The translations under genes were made by a program, and so were the position numbers. Below, piece by piece: positions 63,650 through 64,000 of a DNA stretch of 64,000 nt. Source of the stretch: Octopus sinensis. Taxonomy: Eukaryota. The stretch's first letter is position 1. Every line of letters starts with the position of its first letter. The DNA lies in NCBI RefSeq assembly GCF_006345805.1, contig NC_043012.1, forward strand, positions 59,396,001 through 59,460,000. The letters are read 5' to 3'. Under the pieces are notes generated by a model. That model did not search any database. It had not been told where the DNA came from and saw only the letters and a list, made by a program, of their open reading frames with translations.

Positions 63650-63790
63650 AATGTATGGCTGTGTGGTTAAGGAGTTACCTTTGAAACCATGTGTTTCGTG
63701 TTCCATCCCATTGTGCGACACCTCGGGAGAATGTCTTCTGCTAGAGTCCTGGCCCCACCAATGCATTACGAGTGAATTTCGTAGATGGAA
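63650..63790 (+). mobile_element. SINE family B 5' part, diverged
   Basis: ATGGCTGTGTGGTTAAG...GAATGTCTTCTGCTAGAG. Confidence 0.65.
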
Positions 63791-63813
63791 ATATATATGT
63801 ATATATTTGTATG

Positions 63814-64000
63814 TATAGGCGTAGGAGTGGTTGTGTGGTATGTAGCTTGCTTAAAAACCACATGGTCCCAGGTTCAGTGCCACGCAGTGGGACTTTGGGC
63901 AAGTGTCTTCTACTATAGCGTCGAACCGACCAAAGCCTTGTGAGTGGATTTGGTAGACTGAAACTGAAAGAAGCCCGTCGTATATATGTATATATATGTG
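63814..64000 (+). mobile_element. SINE family B 5' half (runs off window end)
   Basis: TAGGCGTAGGAGTGGTTGTGTGGTATGTAGCTTGCTTA...GAAAGAAGCCCGTCG. Confidence 0.92.

Noticed and set aside
1-64000. Genuine tRNA genes
   Set aside because: All A/B-box matches continue into SINE bodies and lack a complete cloverleaf with acceptor stem.

Overview
Repeat-saturated, AT-rich eukaryotic DNA. It is most likely a coleoid cephalopod (Octopus-like), inferred from the SINE families and the extreme microsatellite load. No host protein-coding gene can be identified with confidence; almost all ORFs in the supplied track are microsatellite artefacts. The window holds dozens of tRNA-derived SINE copies from several families, two R4/Dong-type LINE 3' ends and two copies of a ~550 bp element sitting in (TAA)n tracts, and an internally deleted mariner. 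It also holds a CR1/L2-like LINE relic, several tandem duplications and one 100-N gap. Highlights: (1) about ten hammerhead-ribozyme motifs of the minimal Penelope-associated type. Four have intact catalytic cores and adequate stems, including a head-to-tail pair in a 131 bp tandem repeat (retrozyme-like). (2) A ~1.85 kb ORF1-only, Tx1/L1-like non-autonomous element inserted with a perfect 15 bp TSD into the tRNA-like head of a SINE. (3) Microsatellite-targeted non-autonomous retroelements. All family assignments are from manual reading and recalled motifs; no database search was run. Repeat boundaries are approximate unless a TSD or motif fixes them.
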